NCBI RefSeq assembly: GCF_001194135.2
Contig: NC_068987.1
Span: 26,778,979-26,830,463, forward strand
Reading direction: 5' to 3'
Source: Octopus bimaculoides
Taxonomy: Eukaryota
Length of the DNA: 51,485 nucleotides
The position numbers and the translations under genes are program-made. Below are positions 1 to 12,549 of the stretch, piece by piece; position 1 is the stretch's first letter, and each line of letters begins with the position of its first letter. Below the pieces are notes generated by a model. That model saw only the letters and a program-made list of their open reading frames with translations. It was not told where the DNA came from and did not search any database.

Positions 1-570
1 ATATATATATAGTTACCAAACTTCATGAGTTTATGACTATACCAACCATGATTTCCGTCTGCTCTCTCACCCCTATCCCTAACAGATAATACCCTTTATT
101 CTCTTAATCTTTAGATATACAAGTTTTGATATGATAGTCTATAAATCTATTCTAAAAAAAAAAAAACGAATAACATCAGTAGCAATTAAAGTCTTCTTTG
201 ATATTTTATTGTTTAGCTTCCATGGTGTGGCTCAAGCAAGATGATCTCTGTCTGCCTCCTTAATTTCTTAGAGATTTTAGGTATAATTATACTAATGTGT
301 CCATCTGTTCTAATTTAATTAAATTCTATGTCCTTGTGCATCTGAGGATTGCTCTGCATTTTTAAATTGATGTAATGATTACTTTGTTCATATATATAGA
401 TAGATAAATAAAAAGATAGACATAATATTATAGTTGGTTACCTAGCTTTCATGTAAACTCTTATCTCACTAACTCGAACACATTTGTTTAAATTCTAATT
501 CAAGTCGTTGACTTCCCTACTTCTGTGCTGCTTTAGTGAGAAGGCATAGATATTACAGCTTCACATTTAC

Positions 571-664
571 TTAAATTAAGCCGACTCGAGTAGAATCTAG
601 AATTTTCGTGATGAAAACAGCTGCTTCTTCCCTTGTATCTTGAATTTCTGTTGTTGGCAGCCAT
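571..664 (-). CDS. Candidate internal exon of an unidentified minus-strand gene, possibly the first coding exon (MAANNRNSRYKGRSSCFHHENSRFYSSRLNL...)
   Basis: On the minus strand the acceptor is ttcatttgtattttcag|ATGGCT and the donor is TTAA|gtaaat. The 94-nt exon is open in frame 0 from the ATG. An alternative frame reads WLPTTEIQDTREEAAVFITKILDSTRVGLI*. No family recognised. Confidence 0.45.
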
Positions 665-1417
665 CTGAAAATACAAATGAAACGAAAATTTCTAATATAT
701 TTTTAATTATATATATTCTACAATACATTGTAATATATATCCTACAATAGTTTTCAATACTCCCATACTTATTTCATAAATATTTCATTTCATGTTTTGT
801 AACGTACAGCATTATATATTCAATTTTAAATATTTTTACTTATAGATGTGATGTATATCTGGCTAGATTTGTGTGTTCTTATATACTTTATTATACATTT
901 TATTATCTTTTAGTATATTATATATTGCAGGATGTATACACTCAGTTATATATTCCAATATATTACGGGAGGAAGGTTAATGCGTTATCCGTAGTTGATT
1001 ATTCCTCCGCAACTATAGAATTAGACATGGAACAACTCTTGAGGAAGGCTGGCAGTTATCCATGCATGGAAATCACCCTTCTCAACAGCTCCTATATTAT
1101 CTAAGTGAAAAGTCGCCAACTTAGACGGATCAAATTGGCATCAGTGGCCTCGAGAGGTTTCTCTCAGAACGTCAAAACCGGAAAAGACACCGTAAGGCAA
1201 ATTGCCAGATACGTCTTCTGCCCTAGACTAATAACTTGTATCTTACTCGAATGTAGGAAAGGCAAATATGACCTCCATATGACTTTAACTCAAAGCATAG
1301 ACTGTTGGATCGAATTCTATTGAAAGTACTATTCGTCGCCATATTTCAATGTATGTATACGTATGTATATATTTATATATCCCTCCCAAACTCCGTCCCT
1401 CCGTCCGACCGTCCCTT

Positions 1418-1695
1418 CCTACCTACCTACCTACCTACCTACCTACCTACCTGCCTACCTGCCTACCTACCTACCTACCTACCTGCCTACCTACCTACCT
1501 ACATACCTACCTACTTACCTACCAACCTTCTGTCTGTTTGCCTGTCTACTTGTCTGTCTGTCATCTGTTAGGCTGTCTGCATGTCTGTCTTTCTGTCTTT
1601 CTGTTTCTCTGTTTCCCTTTAACTAATCTACCAATCTATGTTGTCCATCTAACTCCTCTTTCCGTCTGTCTCTCTCTTTCTCTCTCTTTCTCTCC

Positions 1696-1736
<41 letters not shown>

Positions 1737-1790
1737 CATATATATATACATCAGCGGCATCCTGTAATGTCGGTTTTCTATGCTGACATG
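1418..1790. repeat. Compound microsatellite (CCTA)n-(TCTG)n-(CT)n-(TA)n
   Basis: Directly visible tandem units; explains the LPTY and IY ORFs. Confidence 0.95.
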
Positions 1791-1844
1791 GTTGGAAAGT
1801 TTAACCAAAGGTAGTAAGCCGGAGAGCTGCATCAGATTCTAGTC

Positions 1845-2480
1845 TAATTTGGCTTTGCTTCTACGGCTGAATGTCTTTCCTAACGTCAAACACTTTACGG
1901 TGTGTGTTCAGTACATTTTATGTCGCACCACCGAGAGAGCTCTTACGTGGCGGTGGTACGAGTGCTTTTTATGTGACATCGACTCAGAAATCTTGCACGC
2001 CAATCCCCCTTATCAGGGAATGCGGTCTTAACACTTCTGTTGTGGAAGTTATGTCTACTTATGTACATCAAGATGCCAAATATCGCGTTCCTTTGTCATA
2101 TCTGTAAGTTTCAACACTATGAGATCGCCCTCAGTACTTCACCCCATGTCTTCCTGAGTCTCCCTCCAACACGAATTCCAGCCACTTTGAGTGAACGGCA
2201 CTTCATTATGGAGCCGTTGGCATTCATCCACATCACATGACCAAACCAGTGCAGTCATCTCTCTTACACATTGCATCTAATTTCTATTAACTTCTCTCTC
2301 AATACACTAAAACTCTGTCGCACATGTACATTTACATTATATACCCAGCGAATACTACTAGCCTCATTCCTTTCAAGCCTTCGCGTATCTTCTGCATTCA
2401 GGACATATGTCTCACTATTATTTAGAATTGTTGTTCGTATACAAGCATTACTTTATAAAATTCACAATATATGTCAGCTA
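1845..2480 (-). mobile_element. Degenerate RTE-clade LINE 3' fragment
   Basis: Minus-strand translation gives ER*LHWFGHVMWM and GGRLRKTWGEVL, matching the RTE C-terminal RLRWFGHV and GRPRKTW motifs, with stops. An RTE-like 3' UTR (ttctacggctgaatgtctttcctaacgtcaa) lies at about 1860. Confidence 0.75.
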
Positions 2481-2506
2481 TGTAAATGAGTCGTTATGAG
2501 AAATAC

Positions 2507-2891
2507 CTTGTTGTCTTTCTGACTGCTTTTGTCTTGGCTTTATATCCCATCTGAGTGAACTTGCCTTTGACACTTCCAGCGTCGACATAGGTTTGAAATC
2601 ATCAAAGCGTCGAAAGAAATATCTTGCGAAATTTTTGCAGCTCTTTATGTTCTCTGTTCAAATGGCACTCCGGCTTAATCGAGTGCCACATTTAATACGT
2701 CACCCGTTTCACACGATAAGTGAAGTTTTAGGTAACTTAAGCAGATTCTCCTTTGTTGCAAGAATTAAGGGAACGACTTTGGAATACTTTGTGGTTTCAG
2801 ATACCGTTCCTTGCCCTTTCAGCTGTCATAAACGCGCTTTGAAGGGTAATGGTCACTATCTTCCTTCCAGAGCGAAAACAGCAAATAATAT
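2507..2891 (-). other. Candidate 5'-UTR (or partly coding) exon that could splice to 571-664
   Basis: Acceptor ttttttcatacattctgcacctgtaattcag|A and donor CAAG|gtattt. The full exon is closed in all three frames. Splicing to 664 creates AACAAG|ATGG, a strong Kozak context. Confidence 0.35.
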
Positions 2892-3159
2892 CTGAATTAC
2901 AGGTGCAGAATGTATGAAAAAATATGTAATATAATAGTAATGCTTCTTCATTTTTTCGGAACTTGAATCGGATGAAACCCGACCTGTGTTATATGTGCCA
3001 TAAATTGAACACGCGCGCACACACACAGACACATATAGACATACAGACACACACATACACACGCACACGCAGACGCGCACGCTCGCATTCACATGTATCA
3101 GCGCGCACGCACACACGCACACACACACAAACACACACACACACACACACATACCCACA

Positions 3160-5200
3160 TACAAGGTGGCCGAAAAGTCACTAAACCATTTAAAACTATA
3201 ATAAATATTTTACAATTAATCTTTTCTTATTTTTTTTTGTGTCTCATTATTGACATGTAATTTTGGGAAAATAAACATAGAAATTGCTGACAGAGCAAGA
3301 AGTAAGTATAATTAAATTTTATGAATAAAAATCAGCGATCAATTTTGCTAACCCAAACCGCTTACCATTGACATTTTCAGGTTAATCAACCACCGCATAA
3401 GTTCTTGTGGTTTTTAACCTTTAAATTCAAATGCACATATCTCGGCTCAAACAAAACTTTATTAATCGAAATAAACACCATGAGAATCAACACACGTTTG
3501 CCAACGCGAAACAATTTTATTTATGCCAGTAGCGTAAACACTCTGCGTTCTGGTGGCGATGAAGTCGTTGAAGGTGTGTTTGGTATCGTCATGGTTTTTG
3601 AAGCATTTCTCATGCAATAAGTTGTCGAGATGCTTGAAAAAGTGGTAATCGGTAGGCGAAAGGTCTGGTGAGTATAGCGGATGAGGCAGAGTTTTGTAGC
3701 CCAATTCGTTGAACTTCTGCAGGGTCAGTTGTACGACGTGCGGGCGAACGTTGTCGTGAAGAAGAATTGGTCCTTTCCTATTAACCAATGCTGGCTGTTT
3801 TTGTCGGAGTTTCTTATGCATTTAATCCATTTGCTGACAGTACTTCTCCGCAATAATGGTTTCGCCTGGATCCAAAAAGATGTGATGGATGAGACCGGCC
3901 GTAGACCACCAAACAGTCACCATGTCCTTCTTTTGGTGCAACTTTGGCTTCGGGAAGTGCCGTGGAGATTCGTCAGCGTCCAACCACTGAACTGATCATC
4001 GCCGGTTGTCGTAAAGTATCCACCATTCATCGCAAGTCACAATCCAGTCGAGAAACGGGTTGTTCTTGTTGCGTAAAAGAATGGAAAACAACACTTCAAA
4101 ACGGCGTTTTTTTTTTTTTTCGTTGTCGTTCAATTCATGCGGCACCCATTTCGCAAGTATTTTTGTTTTTCCAATCTCTTTCAGATGGTTGGAAATTGTC
4201 GTATGCGTTACGTCTAATTCTCGAACAGTTGCGCGTGGAGTGGCTTCAACTAAGGCTCTTAGTTGATCGTTGTCAAATTCTGATGGCCGAGCACTTCGCT
4301 TATCATCTTCAAGACTCGTCTTTGCTTCGAAATTTCTTGAACAACCATTGTGTTGTACGTTCATTAGTGGTATCTGAGCCAAACGCATTGAGAGCTGTTT
4401 CAGCAGCTTTTCGGCTTCGCTTGAGCTGAAATAAGAAAATTGTGCGAATTTGCTTTCTGTACATGTTGTATTGAACGTTCCAGAAAAAAATGGCTTAATT
4501 TTTCAAAAAGAAAAAGAGTAACGCGATTAGATAGAGCGAAAAACGGGCTTTAAAATGATATGAAGTCAAAGTAATTTAACGAAAATTAATTTGAAAATAT
4601 ATCAGCTAAAACCAAAATTAACAATTCCGCAAGAACTTTCTTGGCAACCTAATATGTGTGACGGGCACATTCATGGAGGTCTCAGAAGACAATATTCAGC
4701 GTGTACAGTGGAATATTGAAGAAGAGCCTACAAAATCAACTCGAAGACACTACCTGCAGCTGGGCATATAGCGAAGTTCAATGCAGAAGATTAAAAAGAA
4801 AAGGAATTTATTCCCATATGAAGTGTAGCGAGCTCAGGAAATGATGCCTGCAGATTAATACTATACGGTTAGTGTAAGCTGTTCAGATAAAGAAACTATA
4901 AATTCAATTGGCGCTCACACGCACCTGATTAAAATGGCTCCAGACTTTTCTTGTGGAAATATCTAACAAACCTCGGACCATCCGGCAATTGAAGGGAACA
5001 AAATTGTAGGAATAAACCAAGATACATTACAAATGGTAATCAAACACTATTTACAAAGTAGTCATCAGTGTAAAGAACGAAATGATGGCCATTCGAAGGG
5101 ATACAATTATCAAATCTAATTTTAAAAAAAAACCTTTTCCAAGAAGTATTAAAATTTTTATACTTGATAAACGAAAAGATTTATTATATTTGAAGTGTCC
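3160..5200 (+). mobile_element. Degenerate Tc1/mariner-superfamily element, apparently interrupted by the mariner insertion
   Basis: TA-CAAGGTGGCCGAAAAGTCACT TIR-like start at 3160. Positions 4680-5120 translate (with stops) to IQRVQWNIEEEPTKSTRRHYLQLGI*RSSMQKIKKKRNLFPYEV, then DFFLW...NKPRTIRQLK, resembling Tc1/mariner HTH and C-terminal segments. Confidence 0.5.
3395..4654 (-). mobile_element. Near-full-length mariner (DD34D) transposon with a pseudogenised transposase at 3462-4464
   Basis: Motifs KWVPHEL, WIVTCDEWWILYDN, LLHDNVRPH and YSPDLSPTDYHFF. Right TIR tattaggttgccaagaaagttcttgcgg; left TIR degenerate (gcataagttcttgtggttttt). Contains internal stops and frameshifts. Confidence 0.95.
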
Positions 5201-5719
5201 AGTTATCTATATGTGCGTGTATACACACACGCACACACACATATCCATTTGGAGAGTCCTTCGACACTGTCGCGTTAATGAAATTCTTTAAACGCATGCA
5301 TATACACACACACTAACACGCAGGCACACACACATACGCACACAGACACTCACATATATGTTAACACACACACAAGCGTGAGCGATGTAACTACAGAAAA
5401 GGACTGAAAGAATGTGGTAAACATATGTAGAAAGGGGAAGCTGAAAAAAAGCAATACACAGACATGAAAGATAGACAGAAGGAGATTTCGTAATCTACAG
5501 CTCAGTTATTTCCCATATCAAACTATATGACTATTTATCGGAAACATTCTCCTCGGGACGCAGATTTCGAAAATCAAATCTGTCTTACGCTTGGGAGCCT
5601 TTCGGTGATATACACACATACGCTCTCATTTATATAGTACAGACGCGCGCGCACACGCACACACACATATATACATATATATAAATGTCAATATAAATGA
5701 TATACACATAAATATGTAT

Positions 5720-5890
5720 GTGTGTCTTTTATGTTTAGCTGTATCAGTAATTAGACACCACCTCAAGAAATCCTTAGTCGAAAGAATCGACTCGGTCCAT
5801 CTGTTTTTAAAGCCTGGGACTTGCAGTGGTATTGAACCCGGGACACTATCATTGCGAAGCAAGCTTCTTACCATACAATCACACCTGCCC
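5720..5890 (-). mobile_element. tRNA-derived SINE family B (octopus OR2/CORE-like), internally deleted
   Basis: Head gaacccgggacac...gcaagcttcttaccatacaatcacacctg and tail tagtcgaaagaatcgac match the copies at 26618 and 42012. Confidence 0.7.
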
Positions 5891-7807
5891 CGATATACTT
5901 AGCACAGATATATTTACGTATGTATATCTCCTTTGTATATGTAATATGTTTTGTATGTTTGTGTGTTTCTGCGTATAAATTTTCTCTACATTGTATTAAG
6001 TGTTTGTGTTATCATTTCAGTCGCATTGCTCTGTTAAGAATAGGAAGCCTACCGTGTTAGAATCATACATATTAATGAAAGCGGAAACAATTTGCCTTTG
6101 CGAAATAAATGTTATCTAAGTTTAGCTTCCTGCAAACCACCTCAGTTAAGAAATGAGGTGATTTAAAGAACTCCTAGCACATAATAGTAAATAAGATGGG
6201 AAATATATAGTTGTTCTTCTTCATAGACAATCTCTCTCTCTCTCACACACCCACACACACAAACACACACACTCACATACACACACACAGGGAAACGAAC
6301 ACATACAAAGACATATACCCAGACACCCACACATACACACATTATTATGATATAAACCACAAGCCATGTGGATAGAGCTACCGAGGGCTTCCTGATTTAA
6401 ATATTAATTTATTTTGGCATTTGTAAAGCTGCTATAAACAAGACGTTTTAGTAACTGCGTTCGATATAATCGTCGTTGGAAGGAGCACGCACATTAAGAT
6501 AAAAAAAAAAAGAAAAAACGAGGAATAGCACAGGAGACAAATTAACTTCACACTAAATGTAACCAGTGTCTTACGGATATCAAAATTTCACAAACCAACG
6601 TTGGTTTGGCTCATGATGTTTCCGGTAGTTTATCTTTAATTTCCGCATGCAAATCTATGCAGAGGGTTTAACTATATATATATAAAAAACAGTATTAACT
6701 CATGCAAAAGGGATTCGAAGATGAGTATTGAACAGCATGCAAAAGAAGAATATACCCAACACAAAAAGGAAAAGATGCATGTATATGTCTGGCCTCAATT
6801 TGATAACTAAATCTCTCTTTGTGACCGTTCGGCAAATGCAGACAGTATGAGAAACACTGCTATTACATAACTCGGTCATATCATATTTATCTGACTGTAG
6901 ATATTGCTTACTTTTCGTTCTATATCTATTCTTTGTTATATTTTCTTTATTATTAGTAATATTAAATTGTCCTTCTCATTGCGTTATTAACAAGACATAC
7001 CTAACGCCTGATGCCTACGAGTTATGTACCTTAACGATTTTGGAAACATTATAATTCTGAAGTTATCATTATATAAAGGACATGGTCTGTCGAACTGTAG
7101 TTAACTGCACTTATGATAAAAATCAATATTTGTAATCACGATGAAAATATCTAAACGCCTATAGCTGATGGTGGATACTTTTATACATACATACANNNNN
7201 NNNNNNNNNNNNNNNNNNNNNNNNNNNNNNNNNNNNNNNNNNNNNNNNNNNNNNNNNNNNNNNNNNNNNNNNNNNNNNNNNNNNNNNNNNNNNNNNNNNN
7301 NNNNNNNNNNNNNNNNNNNNNNNNNNNNNNNNNNNNNNNNNNNNNNNNNNNNNNNNNNNNNNNNNNNNNNTATATATGTATATATATATATATACGCTCA
7401 TAGAAATATATTTATTTAAATGCTAATTAATTAAGATGTAGTTGCATTGCTTTATGCATGTAAATTTAATGGACATGAATTTGGCTATTGTCTTATCGTT
7501 GTTAATTAATTACTATTGGTCCTTGTGAAGATTCAATATTTATTATTTATTGGAAACATTTGTCATACTATACAGGAATGTGCAAATGGATTTATTGCAC
7601 ACAACTCGAGATATGACAACGCTTGCAAACTATTTGTTTATTTCCTGGATTTTGATATACAATTAAGAATATATTTGGTATCCGACAATGCGAAATAAAA
7701 CTCGCAAATACAAAACAGCAACAATATTGAAGTTATTAAAAATTACGATGGATTAATAAATATGGTCACCTACGTCCATATATGTATGTTTATAAGCGCG
7801 TATAAGA

Positions 7808-7855
<48 letters not shown>

Positions 7856-7856
7856 T

Positions 7857-7983
7857 GCGGCGAGCTGGCAGAACTCTTAGGACGCCGGGGAAAATGCTTA
7901 GTGGCATTTCGTCCGCCTTTATGTTCCGGATTCAAATTCCTCCGAGGTTGACCTTGCCGAGGAGACGATAAAATAAGTAGCAG
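7857..7983 (+). mobile_element. tRNA-derived SINE family A, partial
   Basis: gcggcgagctggcagaa...ttcaaattcctccgaggttgacc...gataaaataagtagcag is homologous to the copies at 11913, 15858 and 31346. Confidence 0.8.
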
Positions 7984-8605
7984 TGAAGTAATGATATTCA
8001 TATATCGGCTTCCCCCGCGCCTCATATACTGCAGACTCTGTACCAACTTTTGAAATCAAACGTATAAATATATATATGCATGTATTTTAGTATGTATGAA
8101 TGTATGTATGTATGTATGTATGTATGTATGTATGTATGTATGTATGTTAGTGTGCTTCTGTTTGTGCACACATGATTAAAAATACATACAGAGAGAGAGA
8201 GGGAAATAGGGGGAGAGAGTATGTGTGAGAGAGAGAGAGAGAAAGAGAGAGTGCGTGACAGAAGGAATATGAGAAGAACTGAAGTGTATAGAATCCTATT
8301 TTATAAGCCATTGTTCACTTGGAGGTGAGAGTCATTCGCTGCAAGATTTTGTCTTGGAGAAAAATTTTTTCCTATTGACTTTGCGAGTTAAAATATTGAT
8401 ACATCGACCCTAAATTTGACAGACGCCATGAAGCTATCAAATGCAGTGGCTCAGAGTGATTTTGTTTCATTAATGATAGAAACACGGAAGCTCGATCAGC
8501 AGCTGGAATATCTGTTTCTATGTATATCCGAAATACGTTCGCTGTTGTGTTTGGCTTCCCAAGCTGGAATTAATTTAATACAAATACATGAATCGCCGAG
8601 GCATA

Positions 8606-8645
8606 TAACAACAACAACAACAACAATAACAACAACAACAACACC

Positions 8646-8697
<52 letters not shown>

Positions 8698-8830
8698 GTA
8701 ATAATAATAATAATAACAACAACACACTCACACACACACACACACACTCACACACACACACACACACTCACACACACACAGGTGTATTAGTTTGACGCTC
8801 GGGAATGTGAGAAAGTCTTTTACGTTTAAC
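8606..8830. repeat. (CAA)n(TAA)n(CA)n compound microsatellite plus a short fragment of the Penelope-associated repeat (8778-8830)
   Basis: Tandem units visible; gtgtattagtttgacgctcgggaatgtgagaaagtc matches the copies at 21575 and 37470. Confidence 0.8.
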
Positions 8831-9251
8831 ACGTTCCAGTGCCTAACACTTGAAAATCCTTTGCTGTTTATCGCTTTTATTTTTGTCTTGGGAGAAACAT
8901 TTTCCTTTGAAAAATTCGTATTGAAAAGCACATTGAGTGAAGCACCAAGTGACGTACCACTCCCTTATCTTTCACTTCTCTACACATATTTGCAGAAATT
9001 TATAACTAATTTTTCAGGTTTCAATGCGCTAATATCACGCACAAAATATTTTTTCTCACTTTCTCTGTGGAGGGCAAGGTTCGAATGAGTAGGACTTACG
9101 TTACCTCACACTATATAGTTCACAATTAAAACAATTTTTCCCGCTGTTGACCAGCTTAATTTTCCTGAATTCTGTGTTTCCAGGAGAGTGCGAACGTACA
9201 AACAACACACATATACGTACACGCGCACACACAGACAGACACAGACAAACA

Positions 9252-9327
<76 letters not shown>

Positions 9328-9334
9328 TTTTAAC

Positions 9335-9500
9335 TTTACTTGTTTCAGTCATTGAAACTTCCGTCCATGTCGGACTACACAGACTTATCGGGTTTTTCTC
9401 GAACGAACATACACCAGTACTTGTGGGTAAAACTATGTACTTATTCTGCTGGTACCTTATGTCGAATCGCCAAGTTGCGGGGACGAAAACACCTCGACAA
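9335..9500 (-). mobile_element. SINE family B 3' fragment
   Basis: ttgtttcagtcatt...gaatcgccaagttgcggggacgaaaacacc is a diverged match to the tail at 26820-26958 and 42012-42150. Confidence 0.6.
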
Positions 9501-10545
9501 CATATTGGGGCGCTTCCTTGAAGAGTCCTGATGATCATCTTTATTGTTTGTTCAGCTATTTGGAGAATTTTCTTTCGTTGTCCTGAAACTGATTTATTCT
9601 CGGTTAATATCACCTTTTCTTTTTATCGCCACTGCTTTGATATTTTGTCTTAGCTCATCTTAAACAACATGCAGTACTTTTTATCTTATATTGTACTTCT
9701 TTGAACTTTGTACCTACTCAATCATTCTCTAAAATCTTTTTTTATTATTTCAACTATCCATCCAAGGTCTCATTTGAGCTGCTCAGATTAGTTCTCAAGC
9801 CTTCGTTCCCACCATGGGGCTTTGTCCTATATTTTTCTTTGGCTTTTAACTCAAAGAGTTAAACAGCGATACACGTTGCGCAGTATATAATGTCGGTTAG
9901 TTCTGTCATGTTTTCGATGTAAATTTTCGCTAACAGTTTCTCCTTCTTTTTCACTACTTCGTGTAGTTCTCCTCTTTTGATTCTTCTCAGAGATGATAGC
10001 CTCTTTGTTTCGCTATTTCCCACATCATTCCGGTGTAGTTGTAATCTTCTTAATCTGTAACAGTCTTTCTATCAACGAAGTAAAATTTACTTTTATTCGT
10101 GCTGCTGTTTCATTTATAGGAATTTATTGGTCCCTCTGCTTATCCCTGTTCTTGTTCTGCATTTTGTTCTTCAAGTTCAGCTTGGTCCCTCGATAGGGTA
10201 CATGCTTTTCTCTGTTCAAATTTACGCATTCTTTTCATTCTTTTCCGGTATCATATTTTAGTAGTCTCGGTTCTGTAATAGCATTCCTTTATAGCTCTAT
10301 TGTCCTTTTTTATTCCACTTTATATGTAGCAGTATTTGGATAACGACTAGGTTCCCCTTTCTCCCCATGCAATACTTTCCGCGTGAGAGACCTTCCTTAG
10401 GGGTTCGGCTCACATGAAGAGGACTGTGTTGGTGAGTTGTCACAACTACCAATGTTTTTTTTTTTATCTAGACCATATACAGGGGGCTGCCATTCAACTC
10501 AGATTTATTCCCATGAAGATGTTCTTTGCTAATTTTCCTCTCGGG
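9500..10545 (-). mobile_element. R4/Dong-like non-LTR retrotransposon, decayed 5' part of the ORF
   Basis: Minus-strand KWNKKDNRAIKECYYRTETTKI*YRKRMKR parallels KWSREDNKEVLRAFYRA at 51360. The 5' end abuts the (TAA)n array at 10555-10720. Confidence 0.7.
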
Positions 10546-10554
10546 CTAACCTAC

Positions 10555-10722
<168 letters not shown>

Positions 10723-10965
10723 TAGGAGAGTATTGTAGTTCGCTTGAAGCATTGTGTATTGTTTGTAAAGAATAAAAAGTCTAGAATGGTAAAACAATGC
10801 ACTATAAAACAAAAAATGGACTATATACCTGTTGTAGTTTGGTTATCTATAGTCCGATGATATTTCGGAATTACAATTCTTTCTTCACATCTTCTTAGAT
10901 GGAGGACCGAATCAAACTACTTTTAAATCGGACATATAACTGATACTAGATGTCAACGTATTGAT

Positions 10966-11398
10966 CGAATTATATATAAAGCTAGATCTTTATTAACTTC
11001 GTTCAGAGTTGCCTCTCTTGGGTACATCCCATTGACAAGAGTAAAAAATTCGAAACATCGATGTCTGAGATTCCTAACAGGTTGCGACATTGAACGCATT
11101 GGGTGTTTTCACACCTTTTTACCACGAGAGGCATATTTCCTCCACGATTACTGCAGTGTATTTGCCTTTTAGCAGTTGAAATATGTGACAAACATTTCAA
11201 CTAACCTAAATTCTGCTCATACCTAAAAACAGCATTGCGCCAATGCTTCGTTATTTAATTTGATCGGGCAACGTGTTAACTGAATATATATAAAGCTACA
11301 GCTGTATTAAGTTCGAGTTGCCTTTCTTAGGTACATCTCATTGACAAGAGTAAAAAAACTAGAAATATCGATGTCTGAGATTCCTAACCGATGGCGAT
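10966..11398 (+). repeat. Diverged direct duplication of an approximately 120-bp unique segment (10966-11089 and 11281-11398)
   Basis: Both copies share tatataaagcta...gagttgcct...ggtacatc.cattgacaagagtaaaaaa...atcgatgtctgagattcctaac. Confidence 0.9.
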
Positions 11399-11912
11399 GT
11401 GTGTGTGTGTGTGTGTGTTTGTCACTGTTGAATTTGTGTTTGGAAATTGTAAATAGGATGCAAGTTACGAGTACTTGTAAGTAACTCTTTGTTTTTTTAT
11501 CTTCGTCTTCTTATAGTAATTACCCAAATTTCTATACTCTCATCAAAGCTATTCCGCGTTCAAAAATGATACGGGTATTTCAAAAAGTTTCATTCAATAA
11601 ATAATATGTTTACATTACATATACATTAATTGCGAATTAAAACTTAAAAGAGAATGTGACGGGCTTTTCAGATGAAAATGGAACACTCTGCAGTGAATGC
11701 AATGCATATTTAAATTTGTGAGAGATTGGAGTTCAAAAATTCAATAAACTTGAGCAATTGAAATTATAAGAAATGAATTTATAAGAACATGAATTTATAA
11801 AAAATATTCTCAGACGGTCAACCCTTTAATAATTGGTTTCTCTTTGTACTTTTAGTAATCGTGACATACCTAATAAATAAGTAGCTTTCTCCATTATAGT
11901 ATAAATCTATTA

Positions 11913-12120
11913 AGGCGGCGAGTTGGCAAAATCGTTAGCACGTCGGGCAATCTGTTTAACGGCATTGCGTGTCTGTATGTTCTGAGTTCAAATTCCGCCG
12001 AAGTCGACTTTGCTTTTCATTATTTCCCTGTCGGTAAATTTAGTACCAGTTGAGTATTGATGTCAATGTTATCGACTAGGCTCCAAATTTCAGGCCTTGT
12101 GCCTATTGTGGATAGGATAA
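11913..12120 (+). mobile_element. tRNA-derived SINE family A, near full length
   Basis: aggcggcgagttggcaaaatcgttagc head, B-box-like gagttcaaattcc, central gtcgactttgcttttcat...gtaccag, tail aaatttcaggccttgtgcct. Confidence 0.85.
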
Positions 12121-12169
12121 TTGTTGTTAATGCTTTTATTGTTATTAACATCCTTATGCTCATTACATT

Positions 12170-12480
12170 GGCCACAAATCAGAAAGTTAACGGAATGCCA
12201 GAATTTCTCGAGCTTGATGGCTGACATAGAAAAAAGAAGATGGGATTCATTTGTAACTGTTGCGAAAGGAATTTGTGGGGAGTGAAAAGGCTGCAAACTA
12301 CAAGGATCTGTGGTTGTATACATTACTTGATAGCTTTCATCTTTTAAGCTGCAAGATGTGCATAAAGCTTCGCATCCTCAATAGCCATCTCAATCTCGGA
12401 GACGTGAGCGATGGACATGGTGAGCGTTTACATCAAACAATCAAGATTATGGAGAGATATCAAGGCCAATGGAACACATA
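12170..12480 (+). mobile_element. DNA-transposon transposase C-terminal fragment, probably CMC/Chapaev3-type
   Basis: RRWDSFVTVAK/EFVGSEKAANYKDL...SCKMCIKLRILNSHLN-LGDVSDGHGERLHQTIKIMERYQGQW resembles the recalled KMHFLHSHL...GAVSDEHGERFHQDI..ME.RYQG.W motif. The family assignment is from memory. Confidence 0.6.
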
Positions 12481-12488
12481 ATACACGA

Positions 12489-12549
<61 letters not shown>

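Noticed and set aside
871-1104. ORF with a possible acceptor at about 930 (DVYTQLYIPIYYGRKVN...)
   Set aside because: No recognisable motif or partner exon; the length is compatible with chance.
8416-8606. 65-codon helical-looking stretch (MTDAMKLSNAVAQSDF...)
   Set aside because: Starts at TTG, runs into a microsatellite, and has no splice or homology support.
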